From Acidobacteriota bacterium (lineage in GTDB: Bacteria; Acidobacteriota; Terriglobia; Acidiferrales; UBA7541), in NCBI GenBank assembly GCA_013289695.1, contig JABCZK010000020.1, positions 2,038 through 66,037 of the forward strand: 64,000 nucleotides of DNA. The letters are read 5' to 3'. Positions 45,802-54,765 of this stretch are shown piece by piece. Every line of letters starts with the position of its first letter. Position 1 is the stretch's first letter. Made by a program: the position numbers and the translations under genes. Under the pieces are notes generated by a model, which saw nothing but the letters and a program-made list of their open reading frames with translations, searched no databases and was not told the origin of the DNA.

Positions 45802-46932
45802 GTGAGTCGAGCAAAACGACGTTTTTTTGCCAGCGCGTTGACGTTGGCATGTGGTGTGTTCGCGTGCGGCGTGCGCAATGCCGGCGCCGCCGACGTGCGC
45901 TCGCAGCAAAGCGCGGCCACGGCGACGGATCCCGCGGCGCAAACGGCGGCAAACAAGCGCGCCGTAAAGCAAGTGACGGACGAAACGGGCCGGCACATGG
46001 CGATTCCACTGAACGTGCAGCGCGTGGTGACCTTGGCGCCCAACCTGACGGAAACAATTTACGCGCTCGGCCTGGACGGCAAGCTCGCGGGCGACACGAC
46101 GTATTGCGACATTCCGCCGGCGGCGAAGGAAAAACCGCACGTCGGCTCGGCGCAGGAGCCGAGCCTGGAAGCTATTGTGGCGTTGCATCCTGATCTGGTG
46201 CTGGCGACCACGTCCATCAACCGGGCCGAAACGGCGGACGCGCTGCTGAAGATCGGCGTGCCGGTTTATACCAGCGATCCGCACACCATCGCCGGAATGC
46301 TGGGTTCCACCGCGACGATAGCGGACTTGCTGGGCGCAAGCGAGCAAGGCGCGAAGCTGGTGGCGGTATTGCAGCAGCGTCTCGACGCGCTGCACGAGGC
46401 GTTGCAAGACCGGCCCTTGGCGCACGTGCTATTTGTCGTGTGGGAAGATCCGCTGATTTCGATCGGGCAAAATACTTTTATCGCGGATGCGCTGCGCTGG
46501 GCGGGCGCGGAATCCATTATTGCGGCCAGTCAGAATTGGCCGCAGGTGAGTATGGAAGAAGTAGTGCGCTTGCAGCCGGACTACATCGTGCTAACGCCGG
46601 ACCATTTGGAGGCAGAAACGCACGAACACGTTGACACTCTGCGCAATCGACCGACATGGAGCGAGTTGCGCGCGGTGAAACTGGGACACGTGGTGATGGC
46701 CAGTGACGAATTCACGCGGCCTTCACCTGGGCTGGTGGACGCGATCGAATCGCTCGCGCACGAATTGCATCCGGATGTATTCAGCACGTCCGCAGCGTTA
46801 CCCGCCCCTCATTTCTCACAGCGGACCGTAGGGGCGGGCCTAGGACCCGCCCCTACAACCGCAAACGCGCACACGCTTTCGCAATTTGCTGTGGAACGAT
46901 TAAGCAATGAGGCTTCCAGATGCGCCCGCTGA
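45802..46932 (+). CDS. btuF: periplasmic substrate-binding protein of a cobalamin-type ABC importer (BtuF-like)
   Basis: GTG 45802 (ggagga 11 nt upstream) gives a signal-like SRAKRRFFASALTLACGVFACG. VVTLAPNLTETIYALGL...SLEAIVALHPDLVLA. Downstream of a B12 riboswitch. Track N-terminus 45739-45801 overlaps the terminator. Confidence 0.75.
   Translation: MSRAKRRFFASALTLACGVFACGVRNAGAADVRSQQSAATATDPAAQTAANKRAVKQVTDETGRHMAIPLNVQRVVTLAPNLTETIYALGLDGKLAGDTTYCDIPPAAKEKPHVGSAQEPSLEAIVALHPDLVLATTSINRAETADALLKIGVPVYTSDPHTIAGMLGSTATIADLLGASEQGAKLVAVLQQRLDALHEALQDRPLAHVLFVVWEDPLISIGQNTFIADALRWAGAESIIAASQNWPQVSMEEVVRLQPDYIVLTPDHLEAETHEHVDTLRNRPTWSELRAVKLGHVVMASDEFTRPSPGLVDAIESLAHELHPDVFSTSAALPAPHFSQRTVGAGLGPAPTTANAHTLSQFAVERLSNEASRCAR
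46828..46856. repeat. REP-like hairpin embedded in the 3' tail of the btuF-like ORF
   Basis: gtaggggcggg-cctagga-cccgcccctac (11-bp perfect stem with GTAG/CTAC ends). Translated as TVGAGLGPAPTT. Confidence 0.85.
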
Positions 46933-47945
46933 CGCCGAGACGGATTCTTTCGATCTGCGGGCTATTGGCGACGGTTCTCTTTGTCACGGTGGTGATTTCG
47001 CTGCGAGTGGGCGCTTATCCCATCAGCATGCGAGACATCGTGATTACCTTATTTAACGGCGCGATTGGACGCGGAGACACTTCGGAATTCAGCCAAGTGA
47101 TTTTCGGATTGCGCCTGCCGCGCATCGCTCTGGGGATCTTGGTGGGCGCGGCGCTCTCCACGTCCGGAGCCGGATTTCAGGCGCTGCTGCGCAATCCGCT
47201 CGCCGATCCGTATGTGCTGGGAGTTTCCAGCGGCGCAGCACTGGGCGCAATGCTGAGCCTGATCATTGCTCCGCACACCGTGGGCGCAATTCAATTGGCG
47301 GCGTTCGTCGGAGCCGCGGCGACCATCGCGGCGGTTTATTTTCTGGGCAGGCGCGGTGGGCAGCTGGACAGCGCGACGCTGCTGCTGGCGGGGATCATAG
47401 CGGCGTCATTCCTTTCGGCGATCATTATTTTTCTGCTGACCCTGGTAAACGGACCGGGGCTGCGCAGCATGACGTTCTGGCTGATGGGCGACTTGACGGC
47501 GCCTGCGCCAACCCAGAATGTGCTGGGCTGGTTCGGTTTTCTGTATTTTGTTTTCGTGGTGGCGGCGGGAGCGATGTACACCACATCCTCCGACCTGAAT
47601 CTGATTCTTACCGGCGAGCAGGAAGCGGGGCATCTGGGCGTGAACGTGACGCGCGTAAAATTGGTGGTGTATGTGGCCGCGTCGGTGCTGACTGGCCTCG
47701 CGGTTTCGGTGAGCGGCACCATTGGATACGTGGGCCTGCTGGTGCCGCACGTGATGCGCATGCTTTTCGGCACGGATTACCGGCTGCTGATTCCGACGTC
47801 CGCGATTGGCGGCGCGATTGTGATCGTGCTCGCCGATACGCTGGGGCGCACGATCGTCGCGCCCACGGAATTGCCGGTGGGCGCGATGACGGCGCTGGCC
47901 GGCGCGCCCGTATTTATTTACCTGATGCGCAGGAGAATTCGATGA
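46920..47945 (+). CDS. btuC: FecCD-family ABC permease (BtuC-like)
   Basis: 341 aa, about 9-10 TM helices. RLPRIALGILVGAALSTSGAGFQALLRNPLADPYVLGVSSGA. Confidence 0.85.
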   Translation: MRPLTPRRILSICGLLATVLFVTVVISLRVGAYPISMRDIVITLFNGAIGRGDTSEFSQVIFGLRLPRIALGILVGAALSTSGAGFQALLRNPLADPYVLGVSSGAALGAMLSLIIAPHTVGAIQLAAFVGAAATIAAVYFLGRRGGQLDSATLLLAGIIAASFLSAIIIFLLTLVNGPGLRSMTFWLMGDLTAPAPTQNVLGWFGFLYFVFVVAAGAMYTTSSDLNLILTGEQEAGHLGVNVTRVKLVVYVAASVLTGLAVSVSGTIGYVGLLVPHVMRMLFGTDYRLLIPTSAIGGAIVIVLADTLGRTIVAPTELPVGAMTALAGAPVFIYLMRRRIR

Positions 47946-48805
47946 ACGCCGGCGCGGAAAACGGAGCCGCGATGACGCACCAGCCGATCCCGCTCGCGCC
48001 TCCGAAGCGCGTGCGCCTGAAAGTGGAGCAGGCCAGTTACGCTTATTCGGCGACCGACCGCTCGGCGCCGAAATTCACGCTGGGGCCGGTGAGCTTCGAA
48101 GCGCAGCAGCGCGAGCTGGTGGCGATCCTGGGGCCGAACGCCAGCGGAAAATCCACGCTGCTGAAATTGCTGGCGGGATTGATCAAGCCATTGTCCGGGC
48201 GCGTGGAAGTGGATGGCACCGAAGTGAGCGAGCTGGACCTGCGCACGCGCGCGCAGCAGATCGCGCTGGTATCGCAGGAAAGCGAGCTGCTTTTTCCGCT
48301 GCGCGTCTGGGAATACGTGCTGCAGGGACGCTACCCCTATGGCAAAAGATTGCGGTTCGAATCCGACGAAGATTGCTTGCTGGCGGGAAACGCGCTGGCG
48401 CAGGTGGGCGCCGACGCGTTGCGCGACCGTTGGATGGAGCAGCTTTCCGGCGGCGAAAAACAGCGCGTGATTCTGGCGCGGGCGCTGGCGCAGCAGCCTT
48501 CCCTGCTGCTGCTCGATGAGCCTACGCAACATCTGGATATCGGCGGCAAAGTGGAATTGCTGCGTCGCTTGCGCCGCTTGGCCGATGAAAATCGCTACAC
48601 CGTGGTGGTGGTGACGCACGAATTGAATTTGGCCGCGGAATTTTCCGACCGCATCGCTTTGCTGCACAAGGGCAAGTGCCTGCGCATCGGAGAACCCGGG
48701 GAAGTGTATCAGCAGGAAGTGCTGGAAGAGGTGTTCGAAGCGCCACTCGAAGTCGAGAAGCGTTCGAGCGGGCGTCCGCGCGTGATCTTGCGCGGGAGCC
48801 ACTAG
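47942..48805 (+). CDS. btuD: ABC transporter ATP-binding protein (BtuD/FepC-like)
   Basis: Walker A GPNASGKST, signature LSGGEKQR, Walker B LLLLDEP. ATGA overlap with the permease gene. Confidence 0.85.
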   Translation: MNAGAENGAAMTHQPIPLAPPKRVRLKVEQASYAYSATDRSAPKFTLGPVSFEAQQRELVAILGPNASGKSTLLKLLAGLIKPLSGRVEVDGTEVSELDLRTRAQQIALVSQESELLFPLRVWEYVLQGRYPYGKRLRFESDEDCLLAGNALAQVGADALRDRWMEQLSGGEKQRVILARALAQQPSLLLLDEPTQHLDIGGKVELLRRLRRLADENRYTVVVVTHELNLAAEFSDRIALLHKGKCLRIGEPGEVYQQEVLEEVFEAPLEVEKRSSGRPRVILRGSH

Positions 48806-48849
48806 ACAGCCGGCAACCAGCGGCGTTCTTGGGAAGTTCGGGACGTCGT

Positions 48850-49078
48850 CCACAATCACCAGAGACTCCGCGCACGGGAAGACGGTGAAAAACCGTCGCC
48901 GCCGCGCGACTGTAAGGCGGAATTTTTCAGCGCGCACCACTGTCTGAAGCGAAGAATCGCATCAAGACCGGCGATTCGGAGTGGAAGATGGGAAGGCCGC
49001 GCTGATGCCGGGATTTCATCTTCGTGTATCGCGATGAAATCGCGGCAAGCCGCCAAGCCAGGAGACCGGCGGAGTCTC
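48850..49078 (+). promoter_or_regulatory. cobalamin riboswitch (second copy) upstream of the TonB-dependent receptor
   Basis: GGGAAgacGGTGAAAAaCCgtcgccGCcGCGCGACTGTaa (48876-48915) and the 3' element AGCCAGGAGACC (49056-49067). Occupies the first 43 codons of track ORF 49034-51472. Confidence 0.75.
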
Positions 49079-49162
49079 AATCCGGATGCAGAGGCGCCTG
49101 AGGCGGCGCCGCGCGTCATTTGGACAACCTTCAACTCCCGCGCGAGAGGGAGAGGAGGAAAA

Positions 49163-51472
49163 ATGAGACTACGCACGATTATTCTGCCTTTAGCTTCGCT
49201 CTTCCTGGTTTTTGCGATCGCCACCCCAGCACAGACTTCCAATACTTCAGCGCCAGCCAGCAGCGCCCCACACGATCAAAAGGCGGCATCGATTGCCGGG
49301 ACTGTTTTTGATCCCGACGGCCGCGTGGTGGCGGGCGCGCGAGTGACCCTTCTCCACGCGATGGCGCAACTGGAAGAACGGGAAACAAACTCGGAGGGCA
49401 AATTCCAATTTGAGGGTTTGCTGGCCGGGACGTATCAGATCGTCAGTACCTCTGCGAATTTTGACCAGTATCCTGTGGAAATTAATTTGCAGGGTGACGA
49501 AAAGCGAGTCGTGGATCTCCATTTAAAACTGAGCGCGCTACAGGATCGCGTCGTCGTCTCCGTTGCGCCGGGCGGCGCGCTGACGTCAACGATCGCATCT
49601 TCCGTCAGCGTCGTGACCGCGGAGGAAATTGACGACCGCGGCGCGCAGGTTGCTGCGGACGTGCTGCGAGGCCTGCCCGGTGTCGAAATCAATCAGTCCG
49701 GAGGCCGCGGAACGGTTACCAGCGCGTTCATTCGCGGCGGAAATTCGAACTACAACCTGGTGATGATTGACGGAATTGAACTGAACGATTTCGGCGGCGG
49801 GTTCGATCTATCGCCGCTGCCCGCTGAAGGGGTCGAGCAAATCGAAGTGATACGCGGTCCGGAGAGCGCGCTGTACGGATCGAACGCTGTCTCGGGCGTA
49901 ATTAATATCGAGACGATTCACGGAGATGGCCCGCCGCATTTTTCCTTTTTGGGCGAAGCCGGCAGCTTGTACACCTGGCGGGTGGCTACTACCGGAGCGG
50001 GACTGAACAAGGGATTCAGCTGGGCGTACAGCCTGTCGCGTTTGCAAACCAGAGGGCAAATTCGGAACGACGGTTACCGCAACCAGAACTCCACGGTGAG
50101 CCTGGGCTATTCGCGCTCGCCGCGCCGCAAATTCAACGTGAATTTCTTGGGCTACAACGGAGTAGTTGGGCTCCCGGGCCCCTGGGGCTCTGACCCGGAA
50201 GGATTATTTCCCGGGCGCGACCCCGCCACTCACCAGAACCAGAATCTTTTCGGCTACCAGGCGCAGGAAGTCGAACAATTCTCTTCGCGCTTCCAGCAGG
50301 TCACCACGGTGAGCGTCTCCACGGACCGCATCACTTTCTTTTCGCCTACGGACGGAAACTCGTTCACCAACAATCTGCGCGTGGTGGCCAATAGCAGGAG
50401 CGAGGTCGCGGTTTCTTCCCAGGACACGCTCGTAGCGGGATTCGAATACGACCGAGACCAGTTCAAGAATCTCTTTGTGGAAGGGACCAGCGACTTGCCG
50501 TTTCTGCTGGGGCGCAATAGCTATGCGTTCTTCGCGGAAAACCGCTGGAATCCCTCCGATCGTTGGTTCATCAACGTGGGAGTGCGCGTGGACGACCTGC
50601 AAACCGATTCCGTTCCGGTCAACAGCGACACCGGCCAGCCCGGGATTCCCGCCAATACCCTCGCCAAGGTTACGCCGCGGATTTCCGCCGCCTATGTGGC
50701 GCGGCAGGGAGACGGCGACGGCTTTTTCGGCGGAACCCGCCTGCACGCCAGTTTTGGAACCGGCTTCCGCGCGCCGGACGGATTCGAACTCGCGTTTACG
50801 AATAATCCGGCGCTGAAGCCCGAGCAAAGCACGAGCTACGACGCGGGCATCGAGCAACGCATGGCGCACGACCGCGCGATCCTGGACGTCACCTACTTCT
50901 ATAACAAATTCAAGGATCAGATTGTGTCGGTCGGCGACCTTCCCTCCAACTTTGATTCGGAGAACATCGGGAAGTCCCGAGCCTGGGGCGTGGAAACAAC
51001 CATTCGCATCCATCCCTTTCGCTCGTTCGAATTTTCAGGTACATACACTTGGATGAATACCGCGATTCTGGCGCTGGACGGATTTGCGGAACCCGCGCAG
51101 CCTTTCACCGTCGGAGAACCACTGCTTCGCCGCCCGCGCAACGCTGCTGGATTCAACGCGACCTGGACCAAGAAGCGGTTGATGCTCAACATGAACGGAA
51201 CGATTCGCGGCGCGGTGCTCGACGTCGAGCCGAACGATGGGACTTTTGCTTGCGAACTGGGGCTTACTTGCCTCTTCCGCAATCACGGATACGAACTGAT
51301 GAACGCGGGCTTCGCCTACCAGCTGCCCAAGGGCATCGAAATCTATGGGAGGCTGAACAATTTTCTGAATCAGAGATACGAAGAGGCGTTCGGCTTTCCG
51401 TCGTTGCGCTTGAACTTCATGGCGGGATTCAAAATTCAAATTCCCACTGCAGGAAGCCACGGGGATAATTGA
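49163..51472 (+). CDS. btuB: TonB-dependent receptor (BtuB-like) with carboxypeptidase-regulatory-like N-terminal domain
   Basis: ATG 49163 with gaggagga RBS. Signal peptide MRLRTIILPLASLFLVFAIATPAQT. Plug region VVTAEEIDDRGAQVAADVLRGLPGVEINQSGGRG..TSAFIRGGNSNYNLVMIDG. Aromatic-rich beta-barrel end. Confidence 0.85.
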   Translation: MRLRTIILPLASLFLVFAIATPAQTSNTSAPASSAPHDQKAASIAGTVFDPDGRVVAGARVTLLHAMAQLEERETNSEGKFQFEGLLAGTYQIVSTSANFDQYPVEINLQGDEKRVVDLHLKLSALQDRVVVSVAPGGALTSTIASSVSVVTAEEIDDRGAQVAADVLRGLPGVEINQSGGRGTVTSAFIRGGNSNYNLVMIDGIELNDFGGGFDLSPLPAEGVEQIEVIRGPESALYGSNAVSGVINIETIHGDGPPHFSFLGEAGSLYTWRVATTGAGLNKGFSWAYSLSRLQTRGQIRNDGYRNQNSTVSLGYSRSPRRKFNVNFLGYNGVVGLPGPWGSDPEGLFPGRDPATHQNQNLFGYQAQEVEQFSSRFQQVTTVSVSTDRITFFSPTDGNSFTNNLRVVANSRSEVAVSSQDTLVAGFEYDRDQFKNLFVEGTSDLPFLLGRNSYAFFAENRWNPSDRWFINVGVRVDDLQTDSVPVNSDTGQPGIPANTLAKVTPRISAAYVARQGDGDGFFGGTRLHASFGTGFRAPDGFELAFTNNPALKPEQSTSYDAGIEQRMAHDRAILDVTYFYNKFKDQIVSVGDLPSNFDSENIGKSRAWGVETTIRIHPFRSFEFSGTYTWMNTAILALDGFAEPAQPFTVGEPLLRRPRNAAGFNATWTKKRLMLNMNGTIRGAVLDVEPNDGTFACELGLTCLFRNHGYELMNAGFAYQLPKGIEIYGRLNNFLNQRYEEAFGFPSLRLNFMAGFKIQIPTAGSHGDN

Positions 51473-51501
51473 GACGACGATCATCTGATGACGAGGGGTA
51501 A

Positions 51502-52041
51502 TTGAGGGTTTCTGAATCGGATTTTCTGGTAGGGCATCGCGAAAGCTGGACCGCGCGGCGAGCGCCGGAGTTTTCCGTCGTGAATATTCATGCGATGGAA
51601 ATTCTCGCGACGCCCGAGCGGATTTTCCCGGAGTTGAGCGGTCAGGGGCTGCTGCTTCCGGCACGGCGTTGGAAATTGTTGTTTGGCTTGCGATTAGCAA
51701 TCGGGAAACTTTTCGGCTGGGACCGCGACATGGTCTCGCACCCGCCGCAACCTCTGGAAGCCGGACGACACTATGGCTTTTTTGCGATCAAATGGGTCGA
51801 TCCGCCGCACGAAGCCGGGATGGGTGTGAAAAATCGTTTGACGTCGGCGCTGATGTGCTGGGTGCTGGAGGAAATACCGCGAGGTACGAAAGTTTTTAAC
51901 GTGACCCTGGCCAATTTCGCGGGTTGGCAGGGGCGGAATTATTGGCGCGTCATACGGCCGTTTCACGATGGGCTGATTGAGGATTCGTTGAAGGAACTGG
52001 CGCGGCGGGTCGCGTCCCGCTCGGCTACGCCTCCGGTCTGA
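51502..52041 (+). CDS. hypothetical protein, DUF2867-like
   Basis: 179-aa ORF (TTG start in track; start uncertain). C-terminal GRNYWRVIRPFHDGLIEDSLKEL resembles DUF2867. From memory. Confidence 0.45.
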   Translation: MRVSESDFLVGHRESWTARRAPEFSVVNIHAMEILATPERIFPELSGQGLLLPARRWKLLFGLRLAIGKLFGWDRDMVSHPPQPLEAGRHYGFFAIKWVDPPHEAGMGVKNRLTSALMCWVLEEIPRGTKVFNVTLANFAGWQGRNYWRVIRPFHDGLIEDSLKELARRVASRSATPPV

Positions 52042-52136
52042 AAACAGGTTTTTCCCCAGAAGGACCCCAACAATTGTGACGGATGCTATAATTCTGGGTT
52101 CGCAGCGGCCTAGCGCTGCGTTATGCGCCTTACAAC

Positions 52137-53627
52137 ATGACCCGAGATACTCAGGAAGCAAATCGCGTTACACCCGAGATTATGGCGAAGTACGAAGCTG
52201 TGATCGGGCTGGAGGTGCACGCGCAGCTGAAGACGCGCACGAAAGCGTTCTGCGGCTGCGCGACGCGTTTTGGCGATGCGCCGAACTCCAATACTTGCCC
52301 GGTATGTTTGGGATTGCCGGGCGCGTTGCCGGTGCTGAATCGCCGAGCGCGTGAGCTGGCGATTCGCGCGGCGCTGGCGCTGGAATGCAAGATTCAGGAG
52401 CGCTCCGTCTTCGCGCGCAAGAATTATTTCTATCCCGACCTGCCGAAGGGCTATCAAATTTCGCAGTACGAGCTGCCGCTGGCGCTGGCGGGTTCGCTCG
52501 CAATTGAAGCCGAGGGTACGGCCCAGCGCATCGGCATCACGCGCGTGCACATGGAGGAAGACGCGGCCAAAAATCTGCACGAAGGCTTCGCGGATTCCGA
52601 CCGCTGGAGCTACATTGATTACAACCGCTGCGGCACCCCGCTGATCGAAATTGTTTCCGAGCCTGATATTCGCACGCCCGCTGAAGCGTATTCATATTTG
52701 ACGACGTTAAAGCAGGTGCTGGAGTACACGGAAGTGAGCGACTGCAACATGGAAGAAGGCTCGCTGCGCTGTGACGCTAACGTGAGCGTGCGCGTGCGCG
52801 GCGCGCCGAAATTCGGAACGAAAGTGGAAGCCAAGAACCTGAATTCGTTCCGCTATCTGGCGCATGCGCTGGAATACGAAATCGAGCGGCAAATCGGCGT
52901 GCTTGAGGCCGGGGGCACTGTGACGCAAGAGACGCGGTTGTGGAATGTGACGGCGGGACGCACCGAGGCGATGCGCTCGAAGGAATTCGCGCACGACTAT
53001 CGCTATTTTCCCGATCCGGATTTGCTGCCGCTGACAGCTTCGGCGGCGCTCGTGGCGCAGGTCCGGGCGGCCATGCCGGAATTGCCTGACGCCAAGCGGA
53101 CGCGTTTGCTGAGCGAGTATGGTATTGCCGCGTACGATGCGGGCGTGCTGACGGCCACGCGCGCTCTGGCCGATTATTTCGAAGCCGTCGCGAGCGCGGG
53201 CGCTCCGGCGCGTGCGGCCGCGAGCTGGATTTCGGTGGAATTGCTGCGGCGATTGAAGGATGCCGGCAAGGAAATCTCGGATTGTCCGGTGGCGCCGGCG
53301 GCGCTTGCGGAATTGCTCGCGATCGTGGAGCGCGGAGAAATTACCGCAGCCAGCGGCAAGAAAGTGTTCGCCACGATGTTCGATACCGGGAAGAAAGCTG
53401 CGGAAATTATCGCGTCCGAAGGCATGGCGCAGATCTCCGATACTGGCGCGATTGAAAAGATTGCGCGCGCGGTAGTGGCGAAGAGCCCGGACAACCTGGC
53501 CAAGTACCGCGCAGGAAGCGACGGCGTATTCAAATTTTTCGTGGGCCAGGTGATGAAGGAAACGCGCGGGCAGGCCAACCCGCAGATCGTCAACGAAATT
53601 CTGAAGCGCGTGCTGGCGGAGGCGTAG
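52137..53627 (+). CDS. gatB: Asp-tRNA(Asn)/Glu-tRNA(Gln) amidotransferase subunit B
   Basis: [23 protein letters not shown]...[19 protein letters not shown]...[18 protein letters not shown] 52182 is a possible alternative start. Confidence 0.95.
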   Translation: MTRDTQEANRVTPEIMAKYEAVIGLEVHAQLKTRTKAFCGCATRFGDAPNSNTCPVCLGLPGALPVLNRRARELAIRAALALECKIQERSVFARKNYFYPDLPKGYQISQYELPLALAGSLAIEAEGTAQRIGITRVHMEEDAAKNLHEGFADSDRWSYIDYNRCGTPLIEIVSEPDIRTPAEAYSYLTTLKQVLEYTEVSDCNMEEGSLRCDANVSVRVRGAPKFGTKVEAKNLNSFRYLAHALEYEIERQIGVLEAGGTVTQETRLWNVTAGRTEAMRSKEFAHDYRYFPDPDLLPLTASAALVAQVRAAMPELPDAKRTRLLSEYGIAAYDAGVLTATRALADYFEAVASAGAPARAAASWISVELLRRLKDAGKEISDCPVAPAALAELLAIVERGEITAASGKKVFATMFDTGKKAAEIIASEGMAQISDTGAIEKIARAVVAKSPDNLAKYRAGSDGVFKFFVGQVMKETRGQANPQIVNEILKRVLAEA

Positions 53628-53691
53628 CGGCGGCGCGTGTGCCGAGGCAGCTTGATTTAGCAACGTGTTGAGGGGCAGAAGGAGAAACGTC

Positions 53692-54210
53692 GTGTTGAAG
53701 GAAGGCGATCAGGCACCGCATTTTGAAGTGCTGGCGGACGACGGGCGAAAAGTATCGCTCGCCGACTATCGCGGCAAAAATCTGATTTTGTATTTTTACC
53801 CGAAAGCGAACACGCCGGGTTGCATTCACGAGGCGAACGGCTTCCGCAACATGTTCGCGGATTTCCAGGCGCAGAACGCGGAGATCGCCGGAGTGAGCGC
53901 GGACGTCGTGGAGGCGCAATCGAAATTCAGCAAGAAACTGAACCTGAATTTCCCGCTGCTGGCGGACACGGAATTCGAAGTGATCGAAGCGTACGGCGCG
54001 CGGCGCATGAAAAGCTTTTTGGGCAAGACCTTCATGGGAATCGTGCGGACCACTTTCTGGATCGGGCCGGACGGCAAGATCGTGAAGATTTGGAATGGCG
54101 TGGTCCCCCGAGGGCACGCAGCCGAGGTGCTGACTGCGCTGCGCGGCAGCGAGCCGGCAGACGAGCCCGACGACGCTGCGTCGGCCACCACGCCATCGAG
54201 TAAATCGTAA
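53692..54210 (+). CDS. bcp: thioredoxin-dependent thiol peroxidase (Bcp/PrxQ), Cys form
   Basis: GTG 53692 with aaggag RBS 7 nt upstream. LKEGDQAPHFEV...LILYFYPKANTPGCIHEA...FPLLADTEFEVIEAYG. Confidence 0.9.
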   Translation: MLKEGDQAPHFEVLADDGRKVSLADYRGKNLILYFYPKANTPGCIHEANGFRNMFADFQAQNAEIAGVSADVVEAQSKFSKKLNLNFPLLADTEFEVIEAYGARRMKSFLGKTFMGIVRTTFWIGPDGKIVKIWNGVVPRGHAAEVLTALRGSEPADEPDDAASATTPSSKS

Positions 54211-54270
54211 GCGAAATGCTGCAGCGCGCACGGTCGGAGAATTCGCTCGCACCCGGCTGGGAGAATCGAG

Positions 54271-54735
54271 ATGCTCAAAGTAGGCGACAAGGCTCCGCAC
54301 TTTCAAGTGACGGACGACAGTGGCGCGACCGTTTCGCTGCGGGATTATCGCGACAAAAACGTGATCCTTTATTTTTATCCGAAAGCGAATACTCCGGGTT
54401 GAATCAACGAAGCGTCCGAGTTTCGTGACGCCCTCAAGCAATTCGATGAACTGAACACCGCGATCGTCGGCTGCAGCGGCGATTCCGTCGAAGCGCAGAA
54501 AAAATTCAAGGTGAAGCACAAATTGACTTTCCCGCTGCTGGCCGACACCAAGTTCGAAGTAATCGAACCATACGGCGCGCGGCGCATGAAGAGTTTTCTG
54601 GGAAAATCGTTTCTGGGAATCGTGCGGATGACGTACTGGATCGGTCCCGACGGAAAAATCCGCGCCATCTGGGACAAAGTAACGCCGAAAGGGCACGCCA
54701 CCGAAGTGCTGGCGGCCATAAATGGCCAATCGTAG
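54271..54735 (+). CDS. Bcp/PrxQ-type peroxiredoxin with in-frame TGA (54400-54402) at the peroxidatic position; candidate selenoprotein
   Basis: MLKVGDKAPHFQV...VILYFYPKANTPG-TGA-INEASEF...FPLLADTKFEVIEPYGARRMKSFLGKSFLGIVRMTYWIGPDGKI. The TGA aligns with TGC of the upstream paralog. Frame and homology continue for 110 codons after the TGA. selB is in the window. Confidence 0.7.
54412..54431 (+). promoter_or_regulatory. SECIS-like hairpin downstream of the in-frame TGA
   Basis: GCGUCCGA-GUU-UCG(U)GACGC: 8 bp with one bulged U. Apical loop starts with G 18 nt after the UGA. The equivalent region of the Cys paralog forms no comparable stem. Confidence 0.5.
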
Positions 54736-54765
54736 GGCGCTTTTCCGCGCGTTTGTGGTGGTGCG

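Noticed and set aside
45586-46425. 279-aa minus-strand ORF, plus 45739-45801 as the start of the btuF-like ORF
   Set aside because: Antisense to the BtuF-like gene and to the riboswitch. 45739-45801 contains the riboswitch terminator hairpin and T-run.
49034-49162. N-terminal 43 codons of the TonB-receptor track ORF
   Set aside because: This stretch is the 3' half of a cobalamin riboswitch (AGCCAGGAGACC element). A strong RBS plus ATG at 49163 gives a proper signal peptide.
54216-54428. 70-aa plus-strand ORF over the start of the second bcp gene
   Set aside because: Out of frame with the peroxiredoxin reading frame. That frame gives near-identity to the neighbouring Bcp up to the TGA.
53590-54729. 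379-aa minus-strand ORF spanning both bcp genes
   Set aside because: Antisense to two clearly homologous peroxiredoxin genes. Arg-rich. It would also have to span the intergenic region.
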